From: an uncultured Methanosarcinales archaeon
Lineage (GTDB): Archaea > Nanobdellota > Nanobdellia > Woesearchaeales > GW2011-AR4
Assembly (NCBI GenBank): GCA_964438385.1
Contig: CAYTKI010000002.1
Coordinates: 2,219-66,218, forward strand
Direction: 5' to 3'
Length of the DNA stretch: 64,000 nucleotides
Below are positions 9,367 through 18,689 of this stretch, piece after piece; the stretch's first letter is position 1, and each line of letters opens with the position of its first letter. The notes under the pieces are model-generated. The model ran no database searches and was not told the origin of the DNA. It worked only from the letters and a program-made list of their open reading frames with translations. The translations under genes and the position numbers were made by a program.

Positions 9367-10581
9367 ATGAAATTCTCTCACCTCGCGGACTGCCACATCG
9401 GATCGTGGAGGGATCCCAAGCTCAAGGACATCAGCACGCAGGCATTTGTGCGCGCAATTGATATCTCAATCCAAAAAAAAGTGGATTTTGTCATCATCGC
9501 GGGGGATCTTTTCAACACCTCATTTCCGCGCCTCGATAACCTAAAAAGTGTCGTGCAGAAATTCAAGCAGCTCAAGGATTTGGGCATTGAGGTGTATATC
9601 GTTCCCGGCAGCCATGACTATTCCCCTTCGGGAAAGACAATGCTTGATGTGCTTGAGGAAGCGGGCCTTTTTATCAACGTCTTCAAGGGCCATGTGGAGG
9701 ATGGCAAGCTGCACCTAATCTTCACCACGGACAAGAAAACCGGCGTGAAGATCACCGGTATGCTGGGAAAGATGGGCGCATTGGAAAGAAAATACTACGA
9801 GCATCTCGCAAAGGAGCATCTGGAGCGGGAATTGGGTTACAAGATATTCATCTTCCATTCCGGGCTTGAGGAATTCAAGCCATCTTCGATGGAGAAATTG
9901 GATATGCATCCTCTCTCCCTTCTGCCCAAACATTTTGATTATTATGCAGGCGGCCATGTGCATTATGTCTTCCAAAAGCAGGAGAAAGACTACGGGCTGA
10001 TTGCCTATCCCGGCCCATTGTTTCCCAATTCCTTTGCCGAGCTTGAGAAGCTTGAGAAGGGGGGATTCTACATCGTTGAGGATGGAAAAGCGGTGTGGGA
10101 GCCCATCCAGATATACAACACCTATTCAATCTCTATAAATTGCGACCATCTCACTCCGGAGCAGGTAAAGGATGGGCTGCAAAGGAAAATAGTCAGCAGG
10201 GAATTTATCAATACAATTGTCATGATCCGGCTCTATGGATCACTCTCATCTGGAAAGCCAAGTGACATTAACCTGAAAGATATTTTTGAGATGCTCTACT
10301 CCAAATCCGCCTATTTTGTGATGAAGAATACCGCCGCCCTCACTTCAAAGGAGTTTGAGCAGATACGGGTTGATGCGGGATCTGTTGAGCAGGTGGAGTC
10401 ATCGCTCATCCGCGAGCATCTGGGGCAGATGAAGGTAGAGGGAATATCAGGGAAGGAGGAGCAGCTCATTCGGGATTTGATGGAAGTGCTCAATTCCGAG
10501 CGCAATGAGGGGGAAACGATTACTGATTTCTCGAAGAGGGTAAGGGAAGAAACAAAGCAAATCCTCAAGCTCAATTTTTAG
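9367..10581 (+). CDS. mre11: Mre11/SbcD DNA repair nuclease
   Basis: Metallophosphoesterase motifs ADCHIG, AGDLF, PGSHD, FHSG, GGHVH, YPG. Confidence 0.9.
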   Translation: MKFSHLADCHIGSWRDPKLKDISTQAFVRAIDISIQKKVDFVIIAGDLFNTSFPRLDNLKSVVQKFKQLKDLGIEVYIVPGSHDYSPSGKTMLDVLEEAGLFINVFKGHVEDGKLHLIFTTDKKTGVKITGMLGKMGALERKYYEHLAKEHLERELGYKIFIFHSGLEEFKPSSMEKLDMHPLSLLPKHFDYYAGGHVHYVFQKQEKDYGLIAYPGPLFPNSFAELEKLEKGGFYIVEDGKAVWEPIQIYNTYSISINCDHLTPEQVKDGLQRKIVSREFINTIVMIRLYGSLSSGKPSDINLKDIFEMLYSKSAYFVMKNTAALTSKEFEQIRVDAGSVEQVESSLIREHLGQMKVEGISGKEEQLIRDLMEVLNSERNEGETITDFSKRVREETKQILKLNF

Positions 10582-11990
10582 CTGAGTATCCTCTTTAAAG
10601 TATTATTCACATCCCTTGGAGGTGCCTTCCCCTTCGCCTTCCTCATCACTTGGCCGACAAGGAAATTGAAGGCCTTTTCTTCCCCATTCTTGTACTGCTC
10701 AACAACTGAGGGATTTTCCTTGACTGCTTCCCTGCACCACTGCTCAACAAGAGAGGTATCCCTAACTGCCTCAAGCCCTTCTTTTCTGACATACTCCTCA
10801 ACATCAAAAGGGCTTTCCGCCAGCTTTTCAATTAACCTCTGCCCAATTTTCTCTGTAATTATTTTTTTCTCGATGAGCCGTAACAATGAAATAAGGTGTG
10901 TTGGGGCAATGTGAGAATCTTCCAATGATTTTTTATTGTGATGCAAAACTCTAGGTAGTTCCCTTCTCACCCAATTGGCCGCAAGCTTGGGATCCACCTG
11001 CTTTGAGACCGCCTCATACATCGCCGCAAGCGCCTTGTCTTTGGAGAGGACATGCGCCGTAGTGTCTTCAATGCCGTGCTGCTCGCGGAATCTTTTGAGC
11101 TTTTCCTGAGCAAGTTCTGGTAATTCCTCTTTCAATTTATCAACAGTCATATCATCAATGATGATGGGGACTAAATCCGAATCGATAATGTAGCCATAAT
11201 CCTCTTCCGCTTCCTTTTTTCTCAAAGAGAATGTCGCGCCCTTCTCCGCATCCCATGAGCGCGTTTCCTGAGCAATTTTCTCCCCTCCCAAAACCTCTTT
11301 GCGCTGGCGCGCAATCTCGTAGTGGAGCGCCCGCTCAATCTCCTTGAATCCAGTGATGTTCTTGATTTCAACTCTTGTATAATGGGATTCCTTAATGGAG
11401 ACATTCGCATCCGCCTTAATGATCCCTGCGTTCAGATCAAAGACGCCAAGATAGTCAAGAATCGTTATCAATTGATTTAAGAAATCCCGCGCTTCCTCTG
11501 GAGAGTTCATATCGGGCTCGGTCACTATCTCAGTGAGGGGGTTTCCGCTTCTGTTATAATCTATTAAGACATACGCCGATTCGTGCATTCCGCCGGGATG
11601 GATAAGCGATGCGGGATCCTCTTCTAGGTGGATGCGCTTCATCGCAATCTCCTTTCCATTATCCAGTATAAGTTTTCCACCCGTTCCAAGCGGCAGCTCG
11701 TATTGTGTGATTTGGTAGTTCTTTGACATGTCGGGATAGAAATAGGATTTTCTCGAGAAGATAAGCTCTTTTGCGATAGTACTCTTTAGCGCAAGGCAAA
11801 TCTTTATTCCATGCTCAACTGCCTTTCTGTTGAGAACCGGCTTTGAGCCGGGCATTCCAAGGCATGTTGGGCAGGTCCGCGAGTTCGGCTCATCGCTTCC
11901 CGTGGTCGGACATGAACAGAAAAGCTTGGTCTTGGTATTGAGCTCTGCATGCACTTCAAGGCCGATGATGATGTCGGTTGTGAATTTCAT
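10578..11990 (-). CDS. gatB: Asp-tRNA(Asn)/Glu-tRNA(Gln) amidotransferase subunit B
   Basis: IGLEVHAEL, RKSYFYPD, HLEED, DYNRSG, RVEIKN, C-terminal Yqey-like domain. Confidence 0.96.
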   Translation of the reverse strand: MKFTTDIIIGLEVHAELNTKTKLFCSCPTTGSDEPNSRTCPTCLGMPGSKPVLNRKAVEHGIKICLALKSTIAKELIFSRKSYFYPDMSKNYQITQYELPLGTGGKLILDNGKEIAMKRIHLEEDPASLIHPGGMHESAYVLIDYNRSGNPLTEIVTEPDMNSPEEARDFLNQLITILDYLGVFDLNAGIIKADANVSIKESHYTRVEIKNITGFKEIERALHYEIARQRKEVLGGEKIAQETRSWDAEKGATFSLRKKEAEEDYGYIIDSDLVPIIIDDMTVDKLKEELPELAQEKLKRFREQHGIEDTTAHVLSKDKALAAMYEAVSKQVDPKLAANWVRRELPRVLHHNKKSLEDSHIAPTHLISLLRLIEKKIITEKIGQRLIEKLAESPFDVEEYVRKEGLEAVRDTSLVEQWCREAVKENPSVVEQYKNGEEKAFNFLVGQVMRKAKGKAPPRDVNNTLKRILS

Positions 11991-12451
11991 GGTTGTTCCT
12001 GCCTTTTTCCACTATGCTCCTGCCGCTTTTTAAAAATTTCCTTAATGATATCATCAGCGCATTTGTCCCAAAATAAGATGATTTCCCTTGCCTGTGCGGA
12101 AGTGACCCGAAAGCCACGGTAATTTGCATCATTGCGTATCCGCTTGAATCTGGGAAGGTGATTGAGCATCAGCTTTTCCCAAATATCCATTTCCATGAGG
12201 ATCTCCATGGACACCTCATGGTTCTTCGGCTCATAGCCAAGCAGCCACCATTTCGCGTCTCCCAGTTGGCGTATGGACTCATAGATTTCCCTGAAAACAA
12301 GGGTTGCGCTATCTTCATCCAGTGCCACCTCCTTTGCGACTCTGGCGTTTGTTTTCGCAAAATCCGCCATTGATTTTATCCGCTCCCCATCCGGCTGCCG
12401 CACTCTCAGTTGGCCGCTGCGCAGATATGAGTCAATGGCATCTGTTCTCAT
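11987..12451 (-). CDS. HEPN-domain protein (putative toxin)
   Basis: All-helical, with YESIRQL and R-IRNDANYRG motifs; lies directly downstream of an MNT gene. Confidence 0.72.
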   Translation of the reverse strand: MRTDAIDSYLRSGQLRVRQPDGERIKSMADFAKTNARVAKEVALDEDSATLVFREIYESIRQLGDAKWWLLGYEPKNHEVSMEILMEMDIWEKLMLNHLPRFKRIRNDANYRGFRVTSAQAREIILFWDKCADDIIKEIFKKRQEHSGKRQEQP

Positions 12452-13068
12452 TTCCTTACCTCGAGGAATCCGCAGAGGACAATGCCGTTCGCGATGTTGT
12501 TGAAGACGTTGATGTCAACAGATTTTCTGTTAAAAACATGAATCTGGATTTCCCTGCTCCCAATGATGGGCTCAAATTCAGTTTTGAATTTTACCAATTC
12601 CAAGCTCAAAAATCCCGTAGTCTCTTTTGCTGTGAATATTCCCTCTTCTTCCTTGTTATCGCTCTCTATGGCAATATCTATGTCTGAAGTGGAGATGTCA
12701 TCCCCCTTCCTGAAGCTGCCGAAGAGGATGATGGCTTTGGGATTGCCATACCATTTGTTGAGGATTTCCACCAATCCGGAATGGTAGATGAAACTGAGGT
12801 TGTAGAGGATCTTGCTTCTGATAAATGATTCATTCTGCTGTTCTGGCCTGATGCGCCATATGCTGCTGAGTTCAGTGATGCGGATGATGCCCATTGCCTC
12901 AAATTCTTTTAGCAGAGGGCCGATGTGGGTTTTTGCGACGCGTGCTTTCTTTGCAAGCTCCGAGAGGCTGAATTCCTGCTCTGGCCACTTGCACAGTACT
13001 CCAAGGATGCGCTGTCTTGAGCTTTGCCCGAACAACGCAAGGTATTTTTTTGTAACAATCGGTTTCAT
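12448..13068 (-). CDS. wHTH plus minimal nucleotidyltransferase (MNT) antitoxin
   Basis: N-terminal SLSELAKKARVAK HTH; ILFGSFRKG...SDIDIAI nucleotidyltransferase motif. Confidence 0.85.
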   Translation of the reverse strand: MKPIVTKKYLALFGQSSRQRILGVLCKWPEQEFSLSELAKKARVAKTHIGPLLKEFEAMGIIRITELSSIWRIRPEQQNESFIRSKILYNLSFIYHSGLVEILNKWYGNPKAIILFGSFRKGDDISTSDIDIAIESDNKEEEGIFTAKETTGFLSLELVKFKTEFEPIIGSREIQIHVFNRKSVDINVFNNIANGIVLCGFLEVRK

Positions 13069-13103
13069 TTTGTAACAATCGTTACTTTTAAGAACTATTT
13101 AAA
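13048..13103 (-). promoter_or_regulatory. Promoter and operator of the MNT-HEPN module
   Basis: TTTAAATAG TATA-like box about 27 nt upstream of the ATG. TTTTGTAACAATCG occurs twice (13048-13061, 13068-13081), and a GTAAC-N4-GTTAC palindrome lies at 13072-13085. Confidence 0.6.
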
Positions 13104-13132
13104 GGTTGCGCTCAATGCGCCCCTAAAAAGGT

Positions 13133-14566
13133 TCATCCTTGGCATGCGCTGCCGAGCTGCAACAGCTTCTCCTCCTGCAAGTGACCCCCAATCAGCAGCA
13201 TCCCTACAGGCAAACCATGCGCCATGCCTACTGGCACATTGAGATGAGGAAGCCCTGCAAGATTTGGACCGACGAGCAGGGTATCCATGGCATAATGCTG
13301 CAGCGGTGTGAGTTTTTTTATATCCTCAAATCGCGGCGCAAGTACAGGAGTGGTTGGCGTGGCCAAGACATCATATCTCTTGAACACCTCCCTGTAATGC
13401 TGGATTATAAGCGTCCTAACTTTTGCCGCTTTGATGTAATAAGCGTCCCGAAAGCCAAACATCCGCGCGAATGTGCCGATAATGATTCTGCGCTTCGCCT
13501 CTTCTCCAAGGTGCGCGCTTCTCACTCCAGAGAAATACTCGTTGAAATTCCCTTTCAGCTCCCCAGTTTGGCCATAGCGCATGCCGCAGTACTTGGCAAG
13601 GTTTGTTGATGCTTCCGATGTTGCAAGAAGATAGTACGTAGCAAGACTGTGCTTTATAGGAAACTCAAGGGAAACTTCCTCAACATTCGCTCCTTCATCT
13701 GAAAGCCACTGTATGCCCTTTCTCACGTGCTGCTCAACATCTTTTTCAACCTCATCAGAAAATGCCTCCTTAATGATGCCAACCTTCATGCCCTTGATAG
13801 TGCGGCCAGAAGTGGACTCTTTTTCCTCCTGATTGGGAAGTGATGTGCTATCTTTTTGATCGTGCCCTTCAATGACATCCTGCAGGAGCGCAACATCATG
13901 GACTGATTTTCCAAGAGGGCCAATCTTATCCAATGAGTTGCCGTAGTCAATGAGCCCATAGCGCGAGACCAACCCATAGGTAGGCGTGAGCCCAAACACT
14001 CCGCAAAAAGATGCGGGAGAGGCAATCGATCCGCCGGTGGATTCCCCAAGGGCGATGTGGGAAAAATCCGCTTTCTGCGTGATTCCCGCAGCTCCTCCTG
14101 ATGAGCCCCCGCAGCTGCGTTCCGGATCATATGGGTTTTTAGGGATTTGAAATCCAAGCCCGACATTCACGCAGAAGCTTCCAAATCCAAATTCATCCTG
14201 CGAAGTCTTTCCGATAATAATACCGCCCTGCTCCTTGATTTTTCTGATCACAGTCGCATCAAATAAGGGGCGGTATCCCTTAAGGATGCGGCTCCCTGCG
14301 CAGCTCTCAACCCCCTTAACGCAAATGGCATCCTTTGCGGACACCATGTAGCCAAGAAGTTTCTTGCCAGTATAGTCAGAAAAATTCTTCTTGATTTCCG
14401 TTGCCTGTGCAACCGCCGACTCTTCTGCGATTGTAGTGAAGTAATGACATTCCTCATTTATTGCCTTGGCCTTCTCGATGCATTGATGCGTGTATTCGAC
14501 AATATCGATTTCGCCATTCCTGATTTTCTGGATCGCCTGATTCATTTTCCATAGAATTCGCGCCAC
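13133..14566 (-). CDS. gatA: Amidotransferase subunit A
   Basis: Amidase signature: KD, GKT..DEFGFGS, GGSSGG, GESTGGSI, G.TPTYGLVSRYG. Confidence 0.95.
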   Translation of the reverse strand: MARILWKMNQAIQKIRNGEIDIVEYTHQCIEKAKAINEECHYFTTIAEESAVAQATEIKKNFSDYTGKKLLGYMVSAKDAICVKGVESCAGSRILKGYRPLFDATVIRKIKEQGGIIIGKTSQDEFGFGSFCVNVGLGFQIPKNPYDPERSCGGSSGGAAGITQKADFSHIALGESTGGSIASPASFCGVFGLTPTYGLVSRYGLIDYGNSLDKIGPLGKSVHDVALLQDVIEGHDQKDSTSLPNQEEKESTSGRTIKGMKVGIIKEAFSDEVEKDVEQHVRKGIQWLSDEGANVEEVSLEFPIKHSLATYYLLATSEASTNLAKYCGMRYGQTGELKGNFNEYFSGVRSAHLGEEAKRRIIIGTFARMFGFRDAYYIKAAKVRTLIIQHYREVFKRYDVLATPTTPVLAPRFEDIKKLTPLQHYAMDTLLVGPNLAGLPHLNVPVGMAHGLPVGMLLIGGHLQEEKLLQLGSACQG

Positions 14567-14625
14567 TGCAGGCGCGACAAATAAGCCCCGTGATTATTAA
14601 TAACAATTTTTAATTTTGGCATCCA

Positions 14626-15153
14626 TTATTGTATAGTTACCTTGGTCATCTTATCGCCAGCCCTAAGCTTCTCAACCACATCCATGCCCCCCATGACTTT
14701 CCCAAACACTGCATAGTTGCCATCAAGGAAGGGGATATCATCAAGAGTAATATAGAATTGGGATGTTGCGCTGTTCGGATCGTTAGTCCGAGCCATTGCA
14801 ACCGCTCCTTTCACGTGTGTGAGCGCAGGATGTATCTCAAGAGGGATTTCCTTCTCAGAGCCGCCCGTGCCATCTCCGTTGGGATCGCCCCCCTGGATAA
14901 CAAATCCCGGCTCGTAGCGGTGGAAAGTGAGGCCGTTGTAGAATCCCCTGCTTGCAAGCTCTATGAAATTTGCAGTCGTTATCGGCGCGTCCTTTGTGTA
15001 GAGCTCGACGGTGATTGTCCCTTTATTTGTCTCTATCGTTGCAGTTTTTTTGTCCATAGTCGTTTCCCCACCCCCCGTATTCTGGTTTGCGCATCCAAGA
15101 AGAAGGATGCAAATCGCGAGCGCCATGAGGGCTTTGATTGGTTTTATTGCCAT
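14626..15153 (-). CDS. Cyclophilin-type peptidyl-prolyl isomerase with lipoprotein signal
   Basis: [38 protein letters not shown]; lipobox ILLLGC. Confidence 0.93.
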   Translation of the reverse strand: MAIKPIKALMALAICILLLGCANQNTGGGETTMDKKTATIETNKGTITVELYTKDAPITTANFIELASRGFYNGLTFHRYEPGFVIQGGDPNGDGTGGSEKEIPLEIHPALTHVKGAVAMARTNDPNSATSQFYITLDDIPFLDGNYAVFGKVMGGMDVVEKLRAGDKMTKVTIQ

Positions 15154-15223
15154 TATCGTGGTTTATTTTTTTTTGTTTTAATGAATTTGTTATTTTAATA
15201 GGGCTTACATAGTAGTTTTTGCC

Positions 15224-15508
15224 TTATACCGCACGCGGTCCTTTGAAATAGCCGTCCTTCTTGTGCGGCGTCAATGAAAGCGCTTCCTCCTGGGAAAGGC
15301 ATTCTTGAGGGATGTCATCGCGCAGCGCATCCTTCAGGGGGAGCGGATGAAAGCTTGGCTTCACCTCTTCGGTGCCAACTTCCCCAACTGAAGAAAAGGC
15401 GCCCAAAACATCCTTGAGCTGCGGCAGGAATTTCTCAATTTCCTCATCAGTCAGCTTCAGGCGGGCAGCCCTTGCCACATTCTCGATGAGTTTCCGATCT
15501 ATTTCCAT
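15224..15508 (-). CDS. gatC: Amidotransferase subunit C
   Basis: VARAARLKLTDEE...LRDD...DGYFKGPRAV. Start moved to MEIDRK. Confidence 0.9.
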   Translation of the reverse strand: MEIDRKLIENVARAARLKLTDEEIEKFLPQLKDVLGAFSSVGEVGTEEVKPSFHPLPLKDALRDDIPQECLSQEEALSLTPHKKDGYFKGPRAV

Positions 15509-15594
15509 GCCTCTATGCTGCCAAGATTTGTTTATATAGCTTTTGCTGCTTTTTTTCGTAAACAATTATATAGATGGATTGATGCTCTTTTCTC

Positions 15595-16152
15595 ATGCAC
15601 ATCAACTTCGTCACCCACAACATGGGGAAAATAAAGGAAGCGCGCCAAATCCTTGAGCCAAAAATCAAGGTTAATCACATCAATCTGGAGTATGATGAAG
15701 TGCAGCATGACGATATCTCAATCATCGCAAAAAAATCAGCGGAAATGGTCGCCTTGATGCTGGGCAAGCCGGTTGTGGTTGATGATTCAGGATTGTTCAT
15801 CACCGCGCTCAATGGCTTTCCAGGGGCTTTCTCATCAACAGTCCATAAGCAGATAGGGCTTGCTGGGCTCTTGAAGCTCATGGCGGGTGTCGCCAATCGG
15901 GAGGTTGCCTACAGATGCGCAATCGGCTATTGTGAGCCGGGAAAGAAGGCGGTTGTTTTTCTTGGGGAGGAAAAAGGAACCCTGTCCACAACAGTTAAGG
16001 GGTCTTTGGGCTTTGGGCATGATCCTCTTTTCATCCCTAAAGAAGAAACAAGGACATACGGGGAGATCAAGGGATGCGAATCTCTCAAGAAGTTCAGAAG
16101 AATTGCACTTGAGCAGTTAAAAGAATACCTGCAGCACCATGCCAAAAATTAG
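15595..16152 (+). CDS. rdgB: Non-canonical purine NTP pyrophosphatase (RdgB/Ham1)
   Basis: FVTHNMGKIKE, VDDSGLFI.ALNGFPG, GFGHDPLF. Confidence 0.9.
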   Translation: MHINFVTHNMGKIKEARQILEPKIKVNHINLEYDEVQHDDISIIAKKSAEMVALMLGKPVVVDDSGLFITALNGFPGAFSSTVHKQIGLAGLLKLMAGVANREVAYRCAIGYCEPGKKAVVFLGEEKGTLSTTVKGSLGFGHDPLFIPKEETRTYGEIKGCESLKKFRRIALEQLKEYLQHHAKN

Positions 16153-17659
16153 CACAAGGAATATTTTATTTCTTATCATCGGCTTGGGGCTGTTGTTCAG
16201 ATTGTGGGGCTTAAACGCCCAGGACATCTGGCTTGATGAATCGCTTTCCATCTACCATAGCCAGCACCCTCTCCATTATATCTTCACTTTAAAGGATCCC
16301 ACACCACCCCTTTATCTTGGGCTATTGCATTTCTGGGTAGCGCTTGGAGGGACAGATGCGTGGTGGGCACGGCTCTTTTCCGCAATCTTTGGTGGCTTGG
16401 GAATTTTCCTGATGTATCTTCTCTCTGCAAAAGTTTTTGGCAGGGCAGTGGGATTGGGGGCGGCGTTTCTCATTTCCATTTCCCCGCTTTTTGTGTATTA
16501 TTCCCAGGAAGCAAGGGTGTATTCCCTTCTTTTTGCTCTCGTGCTTTGTTCCATGTACTGCTATCTAAAATTAAGGGAAGAACTATCGTGGAAATGGGGG
16601 GCGGCTTATGTAATCATCACCGCGCTGATGCTCTACTCTCATTTCTATGCCCTATTTATTGTTATTGCGCAGAATGTGGATTTTATTATGGGGCGCAGGG
16701 GCACTAATGCCGATGCAAAGCGCTGGATAATGATTCAGGCAGCGATAATGCTCTTGTTTCTTCCCTGGCTCTTCTCCTTGCCTTCTATCATCGCAGAAGG
16801 AGATCACGGCTGGATCCCCTACCCATCATTCCTAGACATTCCTTTCATGTTCTACATGTTTTTTGGAGGGGTGTCTTTCTCCTTTTCTGGGCTCGCCCTC
16901 ACGCTTGCCATGGTTGCCTGTGCATTGCGCGGATGGGTGGCAAGCTCCAAAAAAGTGAGGCAATTCACTGCCGCCTGGATGCTCACTCCAATCATTCTCC
17001 CCCTTCTCTTCTCGCTTTTCTTCACCCCTATTTTTTTCGCGCGCTATGCCCTCATCGCTTCCTTGCCCCTCTTCATGCTTGCCGCATATGCGGTTGCCAA
17101 CCTCCCAAAAAAGAGGAAAATCAGCGCTTTTATTCTGCTCACCCTCCTTTCCATGGCAGCAGTATGGTCACAGCAGCACACGATAACCAAAGAGCCCTGG
17201 GAAGATATTGCAGCGCAAGCGCACAAGTTCGATGATGAAAATGCCACGATAAGTATATTCAAATGGTATGACATCTATCCATTTTCTTATTATTACTCGC
17301 CGCATTGTTTTGCGCGAATGGATATCGAGCAGTGCCTGGCAGGCCAAAAGCTCATGCCTCTGCGCTCACCGGAAAGCGCAGCGCTCTTCTCCGCCAATCA
17401 GGTGATTCTCATCATTAGCCATGAGCAGTTTGAAAAAGAAGCCCCAGCCTTAAGGGCCGCGCTTGAGCAGCGCTACTCCTCTTCACTTCTTGCATCCTAT
17501 CCGCTCTACGGCTCTTCCCCGCTCGCAAGGCAAGGTCACAAGCTTCTGATTAGCAGTAACCTCACGGCATTGCAAATCAACAATGTGAGAATATACGTGC
17601 TCAGTGCAAGGAGTGTAAGAAATATGCCCCCAGCAACCCCAAAAGACAAAGTTATTTAA
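16139..17659 (+). CDS. GT-C fold membrane glycosyltransferase (GT39/PMT-like)
   Basis: WLDE, PPLY, R.FSAIFG, YSQEARVYSL; many transmembrane segments. Confidence 0.82.
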   Translation: MPKISTRNILFLIIGLGLLFRLWGLNAQDIWLDESLSIYHSQHPLHYIFTLKDPTPPLYLGLLHFWVALGGTDAWWARLFSAIFGGLGIFLMYLLSAKVFGRAVGLGAAFLISISPLFVYYSQEARVYSLLFALVLCSMYCYLKLREELSWKWGAAYVIITALMLYSHFYALFIVIAQNVDFIMGRRGTNADAKRWIMIQAAIMLLFLPWLFSLPSIIAEGDHGWIPYPSFLDIPFMFYMFFGGVSFSFSGLALTLAMVACALRGWVASSKKVRQFTAAWMLTPIILPLLFSLFFTPIFFARYALIASLPLFMLAAYAVANLPKKRKISAFILLTLLSMAAVWSQQHTITKEPWEDIAAQAHKFDDENATISIFKWYDIYPFSYYYSPHCFARMDIEQCLAGQKLMPLRSPESAALFSANQVILIISHEQFEKEAPALRAALEQRYSSSLLASYPLYGSSPLARQGHKLLISSNLTALQINNVRIYVLSARSVRNMPPATPKDKVI

Positions 17660-17694
17660 ATGGAATTATGATGAGATTATTCTGGGGTGGACAC

Positions 17695-18273
17695 ATGATT
17701 GACAAGTTCAGGGATCTTCTCAAGATAAAAGATGAGGTCGATGGCCTCAAGTCCAAAATGGACGCGCAAAGCGCCTCCTTTGAGTCATTCTCAAGAGAAG
17801 CCGCTAAATTATGCGACAATCTTCAATCCCTAAGAAACACCCAATCCCAGCTCCTTGAGGAAATGAAAGGCAGCATGGGGATGTTCTCAGAGGTTCGCGA
17901 AGATCTCTCCAAGGAGGTCTATGACTTCAAATTGCTCAAGGCGCAGCTCCAAAAAAAGCTTTTGGACAAGTTTGAAGAGGAACTTAAGCAGGAGCTGAAA
18001 CTCAATGTTGAATCAGTACGAAAGGATCTCACTAGCTATGAGGAGATGAAGAATTCCATCAAAGAGATGCTCAAGAAAATGGAGCTCACAAAGCAGGAGA
18101 TGGGCAAATGGCTTGAGATCTCAGCAAATATCAAGGCATCTGATTTTGAACTGCACAAATTTGCAAGGCAGCTGCAGAATACTGACCAGGAAAAACTGGA
18201 ACTCATGCGAAAGATTGACATAATGGAGAGATTGGTGTCGAAGATGAGGAGATCAGTGCCTATCCAAAGATGA
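17695..18273 (+). CDS. Coiled-coil hypothetical protein
   Basis: Long heptad-rich ORF; GGGGTGG RBS before ATG 17695. Confidence 0.72.
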   Translation: MIDKFRDLLKIKDEVDGLKSKMDAQSASFESFSREAAKLCDNLQSLRNTQSQLLEEMKGSMGMFSEVREDLSKEVYDFKLLKAQLQKKLLDKFEEELKQELKLNVESVRKDLTSYEEMKNSIKEMLKKMELTKQEMGKWLEISANIKASDFELHKFARQLQNTDQEKLELMRKIDIMERLVSKMRRSVPIQR

Positions 18274-18341
18274 CTTGATTTTTTTCTCATGGATATTTGA
18301 AGTTGATAAAATTTAAATAGTTGCAGCTCATTTTTTTCTTT

Positions 18342-18689
18342 ATGGGGGGTTCCGCAAATGTACCAAGCAAAGGATACTCTCTTTGCGTGGTTGTCCTTGA
18401 GGATGGAGGGAAGCCACAATTCCTTACTCCAGGGGATGCAATCAGTACTCTTGAGCCTAGACCTTTCTTCTGTGTGAGGGCCCATAATGAGAATGGATGC
18501 GGTGGTCTTGCAGCAGATCTTGCACAAGGCATCAGGCAGTTAGGGAAAGATACCTATACCGGTTTGAGTTCTCTTATAATGGCTGTTTATCAGCTTAATG
18601 GAGGTTCGCAATTTCCAGAAAAAAAGTATGAAGTTTTTGCCCCTAGATCTAAAGTAGAATCTCCGCAATCGTACCATCTAGCACATTAA
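18342..18689 (+). CDS. Hypothetical protein
   Basis: ORF fills the gap between two genes, with a TTTAAATA box upstream; no recognisable motif. Confidence 0.45.
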   Translation: MGGSANVPSKGYSLCVVVLEDGGKPQFLTPGDAISTLEPRPFFCVRAHNENGCGGLAADLAQGIRQLGKDTYTGLSSLIMAVYQLNGGSQFPEKKYEVFAPRSKVESPQSYHLAH

